From the NCBI GenBank assembly GCA_964188305.1, contig OZ076889.1: 64,000 bases of DNA. One strand, 5' to 3'. Positions 26,100 through 40,448 of this stretch are shown piece after piece. The notes under the pieces were generated by a model. The model was not told the DNA's origin, did no database searches, and worked only from the letters and a program-made list of their open reading frames with translations. The position numbers and the translations under genes were made by a program. The stretch is from Podarcis bocagei. Taxonomy: Eukaryota. Each line of letters starts with the position of its first letter. Position 1 is the first letter of the stretch.

Positions 26100-26290
26100 T
26101 TTATCAGTATCCATTCCACCTTCTCCCAAGGAGCTCAATGTGACATTCATTAGTCTCCTTTTCTGCATGTTATCCTCACAACAACCCTGTGAAGCAGATC
26201 AGAGTGAGTGACAGTGACAGTGACTGGCACATGGTCATACAGTGAGTTTCATGGCTGATTTTAACACTGATTTCTCAGCTCCTACTCCAA
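26100..26290 (-). mobile_element. MIR/CORE-like squamate SINE fragment
   Basis: cccaaggagctc...ttatcctcacaacaaccctgtga...gactggc...cagtgagtttcatggctga motif. Confidence 0.65.
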
Positions 26291-29260
26291 TTAATATCAC
26301 TCCACCTTATTCCATATTCCCCACTGTGGCCTACAGATTCTTAAAAGTCTTGCTACATCATTTAGATACCAATTCCTTGCCTGACATGGCTCTCTGGTTC
26401 TCAACAATTGTGACTTAATTCTTAGACATTTTTAGATAAAATCTTCCAAGATAATAGGTACAGATCTCTCAATATATTTTAAGTGAGACAAGTCAGCAAG
26501 GAGTCTAAACAATAAATTGTCTTGCTCCTAAACTGCTTTCTAACCAATGAAATTGGCACAACAATTATCGCACAATAAAGCAATACTTTAACGCTACTAA
26601 GGTTAAAGTTTCTCAGTTACTTAACAGACAAATCATTTATGGTTGGCAGAATCATCTTAACTCATTTTCCAAATACAAAAACATTTAAAGGTTGTTATAA
26701 TATTGTTATAGTACTTAGCATTCTTGCATTTGATTAAATTCAGGCCAATACTTTCAACTTATTTAAGTATTGAATAATCAATATTTCCATACTGATGAGA
26801 GGCTGAAAACAAAGTCAAATATTTAAGGATCTTGCACTGAAATATCTTGAAATTTATCTACACTCTAGTCTTCCTTAAGCTTTATAAAGCTATACTTAAG
26901 TTTTAATAACTTTGCTTTTAATATTCATTGCATTTGTATATTAACAGGTTTACAAATGAATAAAAGTAGACTCCTCTAATAAACTGAACTAAATGTTATC
27001 ACCCTAAAATGGTGATAATGCAGCACCCAGTAGGAACTACAACATCACGTAGACAAAGGTTAAAAATGGGCATGAAAGTACTATTAAAACGCAGTATAAA
27101 ATGTTAGAGAAATGAAAGCAAAAGTCCAAGGTATCTTGAAAACTTAAGTACAGGAATTAAGTTTTAGATGTTTGGTGATGTTTATGCAGTAGAAAGATTT
27201 GTATTTTCTCCAACTTATTACACTCACAGAAGTAGACAAATGTATGCTCAGTCAATTTGAGAGTCTATATTAGCTTTTCTCAACAGGAAGCAACGTTGCT
27301 AACGAAGTGGTAAATTCAGTGTTAATGAGTGGCTTCACTGTTGCCACCTCTGAGGTAAAACCTTTCACGTTTCATGTTCTATCCATCTGTTCTGGTGTTA
27401 GGGGTTCAGAGAAAGAACAGACGCTTCCCATTTAAAGCAACTTTGTTGGTACCCCCTGAACAGCAGGGTGGTAAACTAAGAATATCATATTTGCTTGGAG
27501 ACTGCAATTATCATTATCAGAAAGGTTTCAAGAGAACCTGAAGCAAGTCTGCATGAAATGTTGTTTCTCCTTATACATACAAAAAGTATGACTATTATAG
27601 ACAATATTGTCTGAGGTTAATAACTAAACATAACCCTTTTGTCTAAACCACATAGAATTTTGTTCACAAGCAATGAGGCATTTTCAACTGACTCAGATTT
27701 TTAATTTAAACCAACTTGTAGGCACAGAAAGATTTTAATATCAAAACAGATTTTATCTGTCAAAAGAAGCCACAAGTTTTTTTTAATAGAGAGATGTTTC
27801 CCCATGTGCCAAAACCAAGTCAGTGCTGGATCAGATGCAGTACAGTAAGCCCACGACTGACATGCATTTAACTTGTGCGCATTCAGCTTTACGTGCTTGG
27901 CAAAAAAAAATTCTATAAAAATAAAAGGGGGCAGAATGAGGTGGGTGTCCTGGCTAAAACATTTTGACAATCCCAGCCACTATTGAACCCAATGTGTTTT
28001 GACAATATGGGATTTTGACTTTAGACGGGATCCCCAGAACATAACCCCCACTTAAGTTGCAGGCTTACTGCACATCCAATCTGCAGTCCATATAGGTCGT
28101 AATAGTTTGGTTCATAGTCACTCAACCTAAATGGTTGAGAGGGCAAGCATAGATTGTGGAATTGACATGATGGACTTCATGCTGTTTATTACTTTTTCAG
28201 GGCACTTCTGATGTCAAACAGTCTGCAGTACAGACTTTGGTACAAAATTAAAATTGTGATTGTAAAAGTCACAAACTACCCTTTTAAATCCACACAAATT
28301 ATGAATGTGGCTCCTTGGCCCAGGGTGCCTTTAGTTTAATTTTAACTCTAAAACCCCCCCAATACTAAACAGTATTATTTTCTGACAATTTGTAGAGCAA
28401 GAGAATAATGTAATACAGATTGATGGATTCACTTTTAAATGTGCACTCTGTATTAGCCAGGAACGAGGTAGTATGCTATTGAACCCTATGTATCGAAGTA
28501 AGTCCTGCTGTGTGAAATGTGGCTTCATGTTGGTAAGATTGCATTAAAAAAACAATCCACCAAACTCCTTTTATAAAGGTACAACTTGCTTGTTTTTCAA
28601 AATAGTAGAACTGACAGATGCTTATCTTTCCTTAGCAAGCATTTTATCTTAAAAAACAACTGAATCCATTAGAAATTTATAATACACTTTGGCTAAAATC
28701 TTATATGACAAAGCACTACATTAAAATGTTTTTTGTTTATCTCAGCGGAGGAAAGGAAAACACAAGTAAAGTCAGATATAAAATACAGTAGGAAAGTGAA
28801 AGGGGAATAAGAGGGAACCGGAAAGCACCAGAAGCAATCAGTAAAAAAGAATATTTGAAAGTAGAAGAACCTAAGCTTAAAGAAAGGTCAGCCAGAAATG
28901 GGGGAAACGGATCTGATCGATCAGGCAAGAGAGAGGAATTGGAGGGCCTGCCTCCCAGAGTTCATTGCTCTTCTGCCTCTGTCATGTGATGAGGGATAAT
29001 ACCCAACCCATTCAGGTCATCAGCAAATGCCTCGAATTGTCATGTCAACACATTTCAGTATTATTTTCAGCCTGGAGGGAAATACATCTAGTAAAGATTT
29101 ATTTGAGTAAAGCATGCTTTCAGCCTACACTCTTCAGTTGTGTCCACCTTCATTGGCAAAAGGTTCTCCAATCCAGCAGGCTCGCCCATTCCCCCTTCCC
29201 TCCTGCGGCCTCTTCCATCACCTCCCATGCCGTTCAAAGGGTCCCCTCAATGATCTGGAG

Positions 29261-29511
29261 CAGGGGTAGGCAAACTAAGGCCCGGGGGCCGGATCCGGCC
29301 CAATCACCTTCTAAATCTGGCCCGCAGACGGTCCGGGAATCAGCGTATTTTTACATGAGTAGAATGTGTGCTTTTATTTAAAATGCATCTCTGGGTTATT
29401 TGTGGGGCATAGGAATTCGTTCTTTTTTCCCCTTCAAAATATAGTCCGGCCCCCCACAAGGTCTGAGAGACAGTGGACTGGCCCCCTGCTGAAAAAGTTT
29501 GCTGACTCCTG
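29261..29511. mobile_element. Non-autonomous hAT (OC1/OposCharlie-like) element
   Basis: TIRs CAGGGGTAGGCAAACT / AGTTTGCTGACTCCTG. Perfect 8-bp TSD ATCTGGAG (29253-60, 29512-19). Confidence 0.9.
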
Positions 29512-30016
29512 ATCTGGAGCATATGGGGGGGGGCTGCAAAGGAAAGGGGGGAGCAGCAAAAATCCAAGTTCCACTCATGGAAGCTTCTTGATTTGAGAGC
29601 CTTCCATCAACTGGGGTTCTTTTGCACTTTGAACATTGATAGGACGACACATTAAAGAGTAACTGTAACACCTGAGATGTGCTGAATGTGTGCTAGCTTT
29701 CTATTCAAAATCCTAAAGAGAAGGTAGCTCCAACTACAAACCTAGATTTACTTCAGATTTCTATGAATGTAACACTACTCAGTGTTGCAATGCTTGAATA
29801 ACCATTTCTCTATTTTCTCCTTTTCAAAACCTAAAAACAAACTTCTCTAAAATATCCTCGTTTTTTGCATAAACATTTCAATTGGGGGGGGGGGCTTAAT
29901 GAGTTCTGCAGCTATAGCTGCCTGTAGCCATATAATGTAAGCTTTAAGAAATGAAGCACAAAGGTCAGATCTGTCTTCAAGATGACAGATCATCACTTAA
30001 CCGCCTCAGGCTAGTC

Positions 30017-30172
30017 NNNNNNNNNNNNNNNNNNNNNNNNNNNNNNNNNNNNNNNNNNNNNNNNNNNNNNNNNNNNNNNNNNNNNNNNNNNNNNNNNNNN
30101 NNNNNNNNNNNNNNNNNNNNNNNNNNNNNNNNNNNNNNNNNNNNNNNNNNNNNNNNNNNNNNNNNNNNNNNN
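30017..30172. other. Assembly gap (156 N)
   Basis: Run of N. Confidence 1.
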
Positions 30173-31255
30173 CCTAGGTCACTTCGTAATTCAGATTAGA
30201 TTCAACCTTCCTGTCATATCTATGCTGCCCACTTTCTGTTCATTAAGAATTCTTTGTAACAAAATGCACTTAATTTTATTCTTTTATGTACATTATTAAT
30301 TGTATTTATTACAAGTAGGTTAATATTCACTGAATACCTATTTCATAATGGCAACCTTTTCCGTGTAATATGGTTACACAAACGATAACAGTGTCCTCAT
30401 TCAAATGCTAGCTCATTTAGCCACATAACCAAATTAAATGTTATGCTAGTTGCCCACTAGCAGTTACAGTTAAAGGTTTGTCATATTCAATTAGAAAGCA
30501 CCATGGGTTGGATCCAAAGAACCATGAGCAGAATGAAAATAGCCACTAGCGCAGCTATGTAAATGCTTGTGCAAGTGCTAGCAAAAAAGTTGATACAGTG
30601 CTATAACAGGCAGGTTCTGTTATTGTCCTCATGCTTCCATTGTTGTCCTCATACAATGCTCTAACATGAGGAGTACAAAAGCCCCTCCATGAACATAACA
30701 CACCTGCTGCCTCTGTAAGGACCCCTTTGAATCCATGCCTACATTTAAAAAGGTCAAAATATAAATAGACCACAGGGAACCACCCAGCAGTACCCAAATT
30801 TTAATGTTATGCTAATGCTACCATGGGCCCAATTCAAATTCAACACTAACCCATGATTTGCTATCACAAGAACGAGCTTCAGTGGTTTAGTTTTACTTTT
30901 CTCAAACAATGCTCTAATATAAAGGATGAAGTAGCTCCTGAATGGGCAGAAGGTATGATACTATCAGTCCTATTCAGACACAACAGTAATCTGTGCCTTA
31001 GTGTTATGAGAACCAAACTTGGGCTCACAAACAGCTACAAGGAAGAACTTGAAAGCTTTCACTTCCATCTTGAATTAACTGTAGGTTGTCCAAACATGGA
31101 CAAAATGCCCTTGATCTTATTAAATATGATTGGTTTAAGAAAACCAATTTCAGAGCATGGCCAATGATGTTGATTTGTGATGAAAGTGCACAGAGAGTGA
31201 AAAAACCCCTGTATTTTCATAATATAATAGACGAATTACTCACTTTCCTTTAGAT

Positions 31256-31589
31256 CAGTCCCAAGAGACTGCGATCTACTCACAGAATTAAAAACTGGCG
31301 GTGAACTACCCCCGTTCAGAGCAAAGTTGTTGAGCTTTTTTTAGGGAGGAGTGATTTTTGGGGAGTTCAAGGCTAAGCTGTTGGCCATTTTTAGGGAGAA
31401 AGGGGAACAGACACTCACCAACAGATCGCTGAGGAGACAAACAGCCTCTCTGAGTAAACTCCGTCTTCCATTTGGCAGATGATGCAACAATGGAGGGCGG
31501 GGCAAGGGAGCGGGCCCAGATTATAGTTTACCAACACTAGGGAAAGGGACCCAGCGATCGACCACGATCAACCTGTTGGGACATCCTTG
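31256..31589. mobile_element. Non-autonomous hAT element
   Basis: Perfect 8-bp TSD CTTTAGAT (31248-55, 31590-97) with a central TA, CAG...TG ends and cgatc subterminal motifs. Confidence 0.7.
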
Positions 31590-32367
31590 CTTTAGATCAC
31601 TCACTACATATGGCGTCAGGAATCAGTTGAACCAACAGGTTTACAGCACCCCTTTACAAACATTCAATTCATTGTTTTTCCCATCACATAAAAGCTAACT
31701 TTTATGTGCACCCACCCCCTCCCCAATTCATCTTTGTGATTTGCTGAGTGTCTGTTCAGCAATACTTACTGATTTGCTTTGGGGGTCATTTTCACCCTAA
31801 CTGCATCTGCAAATGCTTGTGTCCTCACCTCAGCAGGTGGCCAGGCTTAATGGCAGCTCTCAATCAAGAACCTTTAGATGACCCCTTCCCTCTGTTTACA
31901 GTAAGTTTTCCAAAATATGCAGTTGAGAGTTGCATCTGTCATCTTTATAATCAAGCAGCCCAACAGCTCTAAACCCGAGGCATGTCTGTCGCTAATTTTC
32001 TTTTCTTTTCAGCACCACATCAACACCTGGTTGGTCTCTTAGGTCACTGTGACTTGTTGATTGTGATGCTGAACAATGTAGTACAACCACTCTGCTGTTT
32101 TAAAATTACTGATGTGTATTTGTGGGAGAGGGGTTATCCCTTCTCAAATTGTTTAATTATTAGGTGCCCCACCCTCAAATTGGCCTAAATGTTTTTAGTA
32201 AGTAAATAAGAAAACTTAAGAATGGACAGTGGTTGAAAAACTCAGGATAATTGTTGAGATACCAACACCAAATTTACAGGGCTCTGGATGGAAAGTAACA
32301 ATTGCTAACATTTTAATTGTCCATGGGATTAGCTAAGAGGAAACCAGACTATGGTTGGCACATCAAA

Positions 32368-32415
32368 AAGGAAGGAAGGAAGGAAGGAAGGAAGGAAGGA
32401 AGGAAGGAAGGAAGG
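32368..32415. repeat. (GGAA)n microsatellite
   Basis: Directly visible. Confidence 0.95.
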
Positions 32416-32454
32416 CCTAAGACATTCCTTGCAAATCCTGAAGTCTCAACAGCA

Positions 32455-32627
32455 CGCCATTACTCAATGGTGGGTTAAATGCTTTGTATGTAGAAGGTCC
32501 CAGGTTGAGACCACAGCATTTTCAAGTAGGACTGGGGAAATACCTGTCTGAAACCCTGGACAGCTACTATGAATCTGTGTAGACAATACCAACCTAAACA
32601 GATCAACAGCACGACTTGGTTAAGCAG
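32455..32627 (+). mobile_element. Degenerate tRNA-derived squamate SINE
   Basis: A/B-box-like head (actcaatggt...aaggtcccaggttgagacc), then ctgtctgaaaccctgga...gtgtagacaatac body. Confidence 0.55.
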
Positions 32628-32767
32628 TTTTGTAAAATCAGATACTTTCTTCAAAACTGTATTTTATGGCTGATTTTAATTGTTGTTCACCACCTTAAGT
32701 GGTGCACAGATATCAGAAGGTTGGGATATATATTTATACAAAATAAATGAAAGCAATCTCAGACCAC

Positions 32768-33195
32768 AAACCTAAGCCTGAGATCATCCTTTATTATACT
32801 GAAACTAAAGGTGGGGTGAATACCTGTAATGATACGCTTCCAAATATATAATCAAACAGCAACCTAAGTTCGTTTCTCCAATATATTAGACACTGCCTGC
32901 TCAAATGCCTACACTGTTTGAAACTGCTTGGAAACTGAAACCACAATGGAGTGGACATCCTCAAATACCTCTCTCTTTCCTCGCAGACCTGGGACTTGAG
33001 TTCATCAAATCCTAACTGGACTCTAGAAACACAGCCAACTGGTCTTGGACAAGTTGAGAGAAGACACCTCAGAAATGATAGGGCCTGCCATCAAGAAAAG
33101 GGGCAGGTGTCATCTCTGTCAATGACACGAGAATCACAGTAACAATGCATTTCATGTAACTGTTTTGTCTGACCAACTCATGCATATGGTGATTG
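32768..33195 (+). mobile_element. piggyBac transposase fossil (third catalytic motif and C-terminal Cys-rich domain)
   Basis: Translates to KPEIILYYTETKGGVNT (cf. KP.II.DYN.TKGGVD), ILDTACSNAY and KKRGRCHLC...CISCNCFV, with stops and frameshifts. Confidence 0.75.
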
Positions 33196-34844
33196 CACAT
33201 ATGCTGCTTAATACAGCTGGTATGCAAAAAATGTTGCAGCTGTTGTTGTTACAGGTAAATCACTACTCAAGCAGGTAATTCACTAACAAAAGCACAATAA
33301 TCTTTAAGAAATTTGAGCTCTAAATTATGCTTGCGTGGGTGGGGGGATTTGAGGTTGATAGTAGCTTTGGTGACTAACTATGCAGAGTGTAGTCAGAAGA
33401 AAGAGAGTGTCAATAGAAGAATCCTCAAAGGCTGCTTCTAGAAAAGATTCAATTAGTGGGGTAGGAGAGCTAGAAAAAAAATCACATCTAGTAACCAATG
33501 CACCCCTTTAGTTTCAGAAAGTACATGGGCAAACGAGGCTTCATTTGGTCAAAATCGAGTATACACTTCCAGAGTTAACACTAAATACATTACTTCTGGT
33601 AAATGAACCAACCATAAAAGCTAGAAGGCCGCAAAAATTGTGTCCTAGGCTTTTCAGACTCAGCTACCCATGTACTTATCTGAAATCAAAGGGACGCATT
33701 GGTTGCCAGATGTGAAATACATTGACAATATTTTCAGCTCTCCTACCCCACTAAATATGTGATGGCTCACAGCACTCAAGCACATTATCAATAATGGACT
33801 AAGGCCACTAGGTTTAAAACTGTTAGTGATTTGGTGCAATTGGATTAAAAGTTCAATTTCAAGTTATCAGGGCACAAAGGATTAAAAAGTTGTAATGTCT
33901 TGTTTATATGAGAATACTTCCCATGGTGTTATGGTGTTCATGCAACTACAAGTCAAAAGGTCTCAAATCTATGAAAACATGCCAGTTTCTACTGCAAACT
34001 TGAATCAGGAGCAGCTAACATAAGGAGGGCAGAGTTCCAAGTCAGTGATTAATATGCAAGAAAGATTTTGAACATAAAGTAGTATTCGTTTTTAGAAGTA
34101 GTTTGGCATGAGAAATATATATAGTTCACTTAAGAATCCCTAGAGCATTTGTCAAATTAATTTTTCTCCTTTGAGCATACATGAAGTATTTCCATGACCT
34201 CCAAAAATGAGACTACATACGTCTAATTGCCAGAGATGTTACCCAGAAAACTTCATTTGATGTTGTAGCATTAAGAATAAAACAAAGTTAAGCACTTCTT
34301 AACAACAGGTACAAGTACTTTAAAACTCAACATTACCCGAGCCTTTAAAGTTTAACTATAAAAAGATGGGTTCTTCTCTTTGAACTTAAGTAGCATGCAT
34401 TATGTATGTTCCATTAACAAAACCAACCTATTTGTAAAAGGTAAAAGTGCCTCAAGCTAAATTAACACTATAGAGTTTTCCATTTAGAGTAGTGAAATGT
34501 CAAGAACTAAAAAAATTGTTTTCTGAACTAAGAACTTACTTAGTATGCACCTTTGTCACATGACTATATTTAAAATGAATATCTTTTCAGTGGCAAATAA
34601 CCAGCAGTTTCCTCTAGCTGCGATTCAACACTCATTAAAGCTGCTAACAAGTTTTTGCTTATTACATACTCAATTTTTGTTGCACTTACTATTGCTGAGA
34701 GATCCGTTTAGTATAAATTTCAATAATTTAAGGCCACATCCCTAGATGTTTCTGTAACATCCATTCTTTATGTTAATTTTAAAACATCCAAAACGGAAGC
34801 GGCATTTTCCGTATCAGCCGCTGTTAAGATCAAAACAAGAGATA

Positions 34845-35140
34845 CAGTGGTGCCTGCAAGACGAAATTAATCCGTTCCGCGAGTCTCTTCGTCTTGCGGT
34901 TTTTTCGTCTTGCAAAGAACGGCTATTAGCGGCTTAGCGGCTATTAGCGACTTAGCGGCTATTAGCGGCTTAACGGCTTTAAGAAAAAGGAAACAAACTC
35001 GCAAGAACTCGCAAGACGTTTCATCTTGCGAAGCAAGCCCATAGGGAAATTTGTCTTGCGGAACGACTCAAAAAACGGAAAACTCTTTCGTCTTGCGCGT
35101 TTTTCGTCTTGCAAGGCATTCGTCTTGCGAGGTACCACTG
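34845..35140. mobile_element. Tc1/mariner-type MITE (GCAAGACG-repeat family)
   Basis: TA-flanked TIRs CAGTGGT(G/A)CC, many GCAAGACG/CGTCTTGC repeats and an internal TTAGCGGC tandem array. Confidence 0.9.
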
Positions 35141-36254
35141 TACTTATATAGTGCCTATATAGTACTAGTTCACAAAGAATGAAAGAAAAAACAAACATGA
35201 TCAGTGATAAAAAAACCTCAAATGTAGTAATGTTCCAGAAACTCCAGTAGGGCAATACCTTTATTAGACCAGCCAAATGTGTAAGTAATCTGATCTGCTA
35301 AAAAAGAAAGCTGATTGAAAATAGAAGTTTTAGGTTTGTATCCAATGCAACGCTAAGAAAGATTCCTGTCAGTGCAGAGATTTATGCTTCTGCATAACTT
35401 CCCTCCCTCCACATTTCACAATGGTTATAGAATAAATAAGAAGTTGAATGAGGTTTCATTCTTGTAAAAGGGTTTTTTTAAAAAACAACAACAACAAACA
35501 ACACTTTATACATTGTAAGCTTTAGTCTGACTTCTAAGAGGCATAAAAACAACAGTTTTGACATAACAATATAAACTGTTTACTACCTGGTGAGCTACCA
35601 AAAGCAACCTAAAACTATTTGTGTAGCAAGGCATCCCCAGAAGCAAGCTATTTTTCAGTTCAGTAAAAGTGCAATTGAGCAAGGATCTTCAGGCTTTTCA
35701 CCATGGTCCCTATCCAGACCATGCAATCTTCTCTGGAGGCTTTTCCCTGAATGCCTCCACCAACTAAGATGTGGCAAAAGATTATAAGAGCAGGGTTCGA
35801 AATTAGCAGGGCGCCAGGCACATTTTGCGCCTAAAGGTTCTCCATTTGCGAGCATCTCCAAAAGTATGGATGCCATTTTTTATGCCTGGCTGACACTCAA
35901 CAATTAAATGTATGTGCTTTGAAGCCTCAAAGTATATGCTAAGGGTAGACAATATGTTAAGGAGTTTAACAATAAAGAGTAGAGTGTTTTGAAAACTGAA
36001 GTATGGTACCGATATTTTTATTGTAAACACCAATTTAAGCATGTGTAAACAATTTCCGTTAAAAATGTGATATTAACAATGTGTCACTTATGTGAATTGC
36101 GTATTAGTTCATGCTTATCAAAATAATAAAGAGCACTGCCAACCCCCCACTCCCACAAATGGTGACTACACATTCTGTTTTGGCACCACAATCCAGGTCA
36201 CAAGAACCATTTGGCTCCTAGCTTTTCTATTCCAGTTCCAACACTGTATAAGAC

Positions 36255-36530
36255 AGAGGCCTTTTCAGTGGTGGCTCATGATAGAATGTTCTCCCATGAT
36301 ACGTCTGTCAGATGCTACTTCCTGGGTATCATTTCAGCAGCAGAAAAGGGTCTTTTTTATTTTCTCTGGCTTTATTAATCCGCTAGTTTTAAGCCGTTTA
36401 TGCTCTCTGAATAATTTTGTGCTGTGTTTATCCTTTTGCCATTTTTTTTATTGCTGTTCGATTGTAATTTAATTTGATTTTTACTGTAAGATCCCCTGAG
36501 AACTTTGTAACAGAGAAGCCTATAAATACA
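36255..36530 (+). mobile_element. L2 3' end fragment
   Basis: aggccttttcagtggtggctc...gaatgttctccc and ctgtaagatcccctgag end, similar to the 15.5 kb copy. Confidence 0.5.
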
Positions 36531-39429
36531 GTAAGTAGATTAGTAAAGGGGGAGAGGAAGAATACAGACAAACCAAGCAATTGCACATGTTGATGGCCTC
36601 TGCTGTTCAAATCTGCATCCTGACATCTATCTTCCAGAAGTCTTTGCTTAAATTATTTCAGTCCAGGAATGTATATATTACTGTTTACTAGTGGGTCAAG
36701 AGAAAAAAGCCCTCTATATTCAAGACAAAATTAATTCTGAAAAAAGTTTCTGTGGACTGGAGTCCACTTAATCATATTGTGACTGATATTCTAGTACACA
36801 AAAGCTTGTCATAATAAAATGTGTTAGCCTTTAGAGGTAGCACACATCTCTTTGTTGCTTTTGCTGCAACAGACTACTAGCACTGATACCCCCTTGAAAT
36901 TGTATACTCAAATATTTACAGATAAAAATTTATGAAGAAATGTATGAATGGCACTGCTGAGATTCAAATTAATTATTTTTTCTATCAAAAAATATCCTTA
37001 CATTTTAACCTTATCTTTGCCAGATACTTGTTTCACATGAAAACTGAAATTCACGATAGTGAATTTCTGTAAACAAAGCCAACCTCTGAGTCTACATAGA
37101 AAACACTGCTCCACACACAAAAATCCTGATTCAGTGCAGAGCTCTAGTTTTGAAAATGGCACACAAAAAACAGACTACTAAAATGAAATCCCATTTTTAT
37201 CTATTGATAGACTTAAAATTCAACCTTGTTTTTGGAAGTAAACTCAACTGAGCTTCAGACTCATTCTTGGGTGCGTATACAAAGCAAATGTACGTATACA
37301 TTCTGTTTTTATTGGCCATATCCAAAAATCTAAAAACATTTGTTCTCTCCATACTAAAATGTCTGGATAGTGACAAACTGTAATTATTGATGAAGTGCTA
37401 CTTATTCTAGAAGACGTCCAGTTTTTCAACCTCTTTCTCCTGTCAGTGGATCCAAACTTAGAGTTGGCATATTTTGAAGTGCAAAAAAGAGGACACATTT
37501 GGCGACTTCTACTTTTAACTGTGGACCACTATGACGCTTCTACCCTTGAAAAAGAGGACATATGGCAAACCCTAACCAGCAGGAGTGATAGGCAGTAGCA
37601 GAGTTGATTGGCTAGGCTGCCATTTTAGATTTCCACATAGTCCCAGACTGATGCTACATAGAGGTGCTGTGAGAAATTTTACTAGTAGGTTGACCCAGCC
37701 ACCAAGTTCTTCTCAGTCAGAGGGCAGAGCATGCAGAATTATAAAACCCTGCCGGCATGCTGCAACCGTGACAGCTGCCCAAAGATGCTAAATGTTGGTG
37801 CTAATCAGCAACAGGCAAGGGGAAAATGTGAAGTATCTTTGTGATCCCTCAACAGACAAGTAGGTGGGGGTTATTTTGGTGGTGGTAGGGAATGCTTATA
37901 ACTTTTATGGACTTATCAGTTCTACTACCGCCATGTCCAAATTAAATGTTTCTTGTGAAACAGCCACTGCAAAGAATAGGGAAAAGGAACATGAGAACTG
38001 CTTTCAGTTAGTGCTGTACTACAATACTGATCACAAACTGGCTTCCAAAGGAGGGAGGGGTACTGAAAACTTACTGCAGATGTGATTTTGCCTGTTACCA
38101 CTAGGAAAGCAGCCCTTCCTGCAGATGCAAACAACCCAAACTTCCTGCATATGCAAATAACGATTTCTCTCTAAACGTTTAATCAGAAATGGAAAATCAG
38201 AAAAAGAGGTATGAATGTTCTGGTAGGTTACTTTTAAGCCTCATTTGCCAGACATACCCAGACAAGAGACTACGTGCTTCCCAATTTTATTTGATTCATT
38301 TATTTTTTAAAAGTTATATACTACTTGATTGTTATATTTCTTTAAAAAACACACCTCTAAGCAATTTACAAAAACTTGTCCATCTAATGATAGTAAAGCA
38401 CTAGCAGAAATGACCGTGCTGATTATTAAGTCTTTGTGGAACATGAACCAGTTCCTTATCATGACAGTTCTGGGCAGCAGGGGTGCGGGGTGCTGTTTCT
38501 TCAGATAGTTCTATTATTCAGATACCACACCTGGGAAGCATACGAGGTGGACTACCAAGTCAGATAAGCCACAAATTCCATTATAGCTAGAACTGGGGTT
38601 TGTGTATGTGTGTGGCCATGATGCTACATGTTCAAGGCTATCTCTGAATTCACAGAATTCTGCACTTTTAACATATACACTGGTTTTATTTTAACCTACA
38701 TCTAACTCCCCCTTGCACAAATCACTACTCAGTTCCAGAATTAAAATGTTAATGAAGACTTGTGTCTTGAAGCAAGGCACTGCCACCAAGTGGTAGTCAC
38801 ATTTTGTATCCAACATTCAGTTCAAACCACCTCACAAAGTGGAATTCACCTTCTGCAAATTAAGTCTGAAAATGTTTCATCATCAGCCTTAACAATCTGA
38901 CATCAAACAGCCGTACATGTCAGATAGACACACTAAGTTAAAACATTCATTTAGAAGGCCTCTAAGGGGAAAGCCAATAGTTAAATAGATGCAAATAGAT
39001 GACATTTCAGTAGTTGTTGCCAAAAAAATCTTATCAGGCTCATTCACTCCAAAATTTTTTTTTTAAATGCCAACATTAATTTACATATTATTGTGGCTAA
39101 ATAGCTTTTAGGGATTTTTCATAAGAAAGTATCAATGAATGCTAGAAGGCCCAACTAAAATGTTCATAACATGACTGATCTCTAAATGTGTCAGTAATTC
39201 ATTGGAATAGATGTTAACTGTATCTAAAACAAGAAGCAGGGTATCAGTCTTTTAGCATACAAAAAGGTATACCAAAATTTGGGTAGGTTTATATTTCAGT
39301 CAGTTGCTTTTGATAGTATCTCATTGCTGAAATGATTCCTGTTCCATATCACATTCAGTAGCTAAATGATGCAAGTTTTACTAGCCAACCAAAATTTCCA
39401 CTTGAACACAGAATAATCAGATGAATGTA

Positions 39430-39669
39430 CAGTCGTACCTCGAAAGTTGAACGGAATCCGTACGACTTCCAAAACATTCAGAAACCAAAGCGTGGCTTCT
39501 GATTGGCTGCAGCAAGATCCTGCAGCCAATCAGAAGCCGTGGAAGCCCCATCAGATGTTCAGCTTTCAAAAATAGTTCACAAACTGGAACAGTCACTTCC
39601 AGGTTTGCAGCATTTGGCGGGAGCCAAAACATTCGAGAACTAAGCTGTTTGAAAACCAAGGTACAACTG
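39430..39669. mobile_element. Tc1/mariner-type MITE
   Basis: TA-CAGTCGTACCTCG ... CCAAGGTACAACTG-TA, with an internal hairpin ggcttctgattggctgcag/ctgcagccaatcagaagcc. Confidence 0.85.
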
Positions 39670-40448
39670 TATTTTCTACTCTTAACCTAACAGACAATCT
39701 TACTTCTAGTAACTGTTTCCCTCATCCAACATATTCTATAACTGCCAATTCTGTTCACCTCCTCTAGCTCAAGGGGCAAATATGGATGACTGGATCAGTC
39801 TATTTCCAGTCTCTGTCAATTTTGCATATGCTCAATCGTAAATCTGTTCAGTACCTTTTCTGCATTTAGCTGCAATGATATTTTGAAGTCCACATGAACA
39901 TTCATATTTAAATATCTATCATCTCAATATATCAATTTCTAGACATATCTTACTCCAAAATAGTTGCTTTATGCATTTTTGAACTTTTTTGAGCTGAGTG
40001 TAGTTGTACCTCAAAATTCTGAAGGAAAACTGCATTCCAATCCATGTTTGAGAAATGCAAATTAGATCAGTTTGCTTAAACATCCAAAGTGAAAAAGATG
40101 ACATACCTCATCCCTAGCGTAAGCTAAATTTTCTGTTTACATACATGTTAATCCTGTTCTTTTACTACACTGCTAACTACTTAGAATCGTTGACAATTTG
40201 GTTCAGAAAAAAACACAAAGGGAACGTTATGTCACTATTTCTCAAACTCCAGCTGTTGTTGGACTACAACTTCCATCATCCCTAGGGATGATAAGAGTTG
40301 TAGTCCAACAACTGCTGGGGACCAAATTTTGAGACACACTGCATTATGACATGCTCTGTACTATCACCATTCAACTATAGCACTGTCTAATAGGCTAATT
40401 TGGTACTAAGTGTATAGTAAACCAAAATGTGAGAACATAAGTTGAGTC

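Noticed and set aside
29951-30199. 82-aa ORF
   Set aside because: Artefact of the N gap.
34919-34978. Short repeat array and GCAAGACG repeats as a CRISPR-like array
   Set aside because: No unique spacers; internal to a TA-flanked MITE in eukaryotic DNA.
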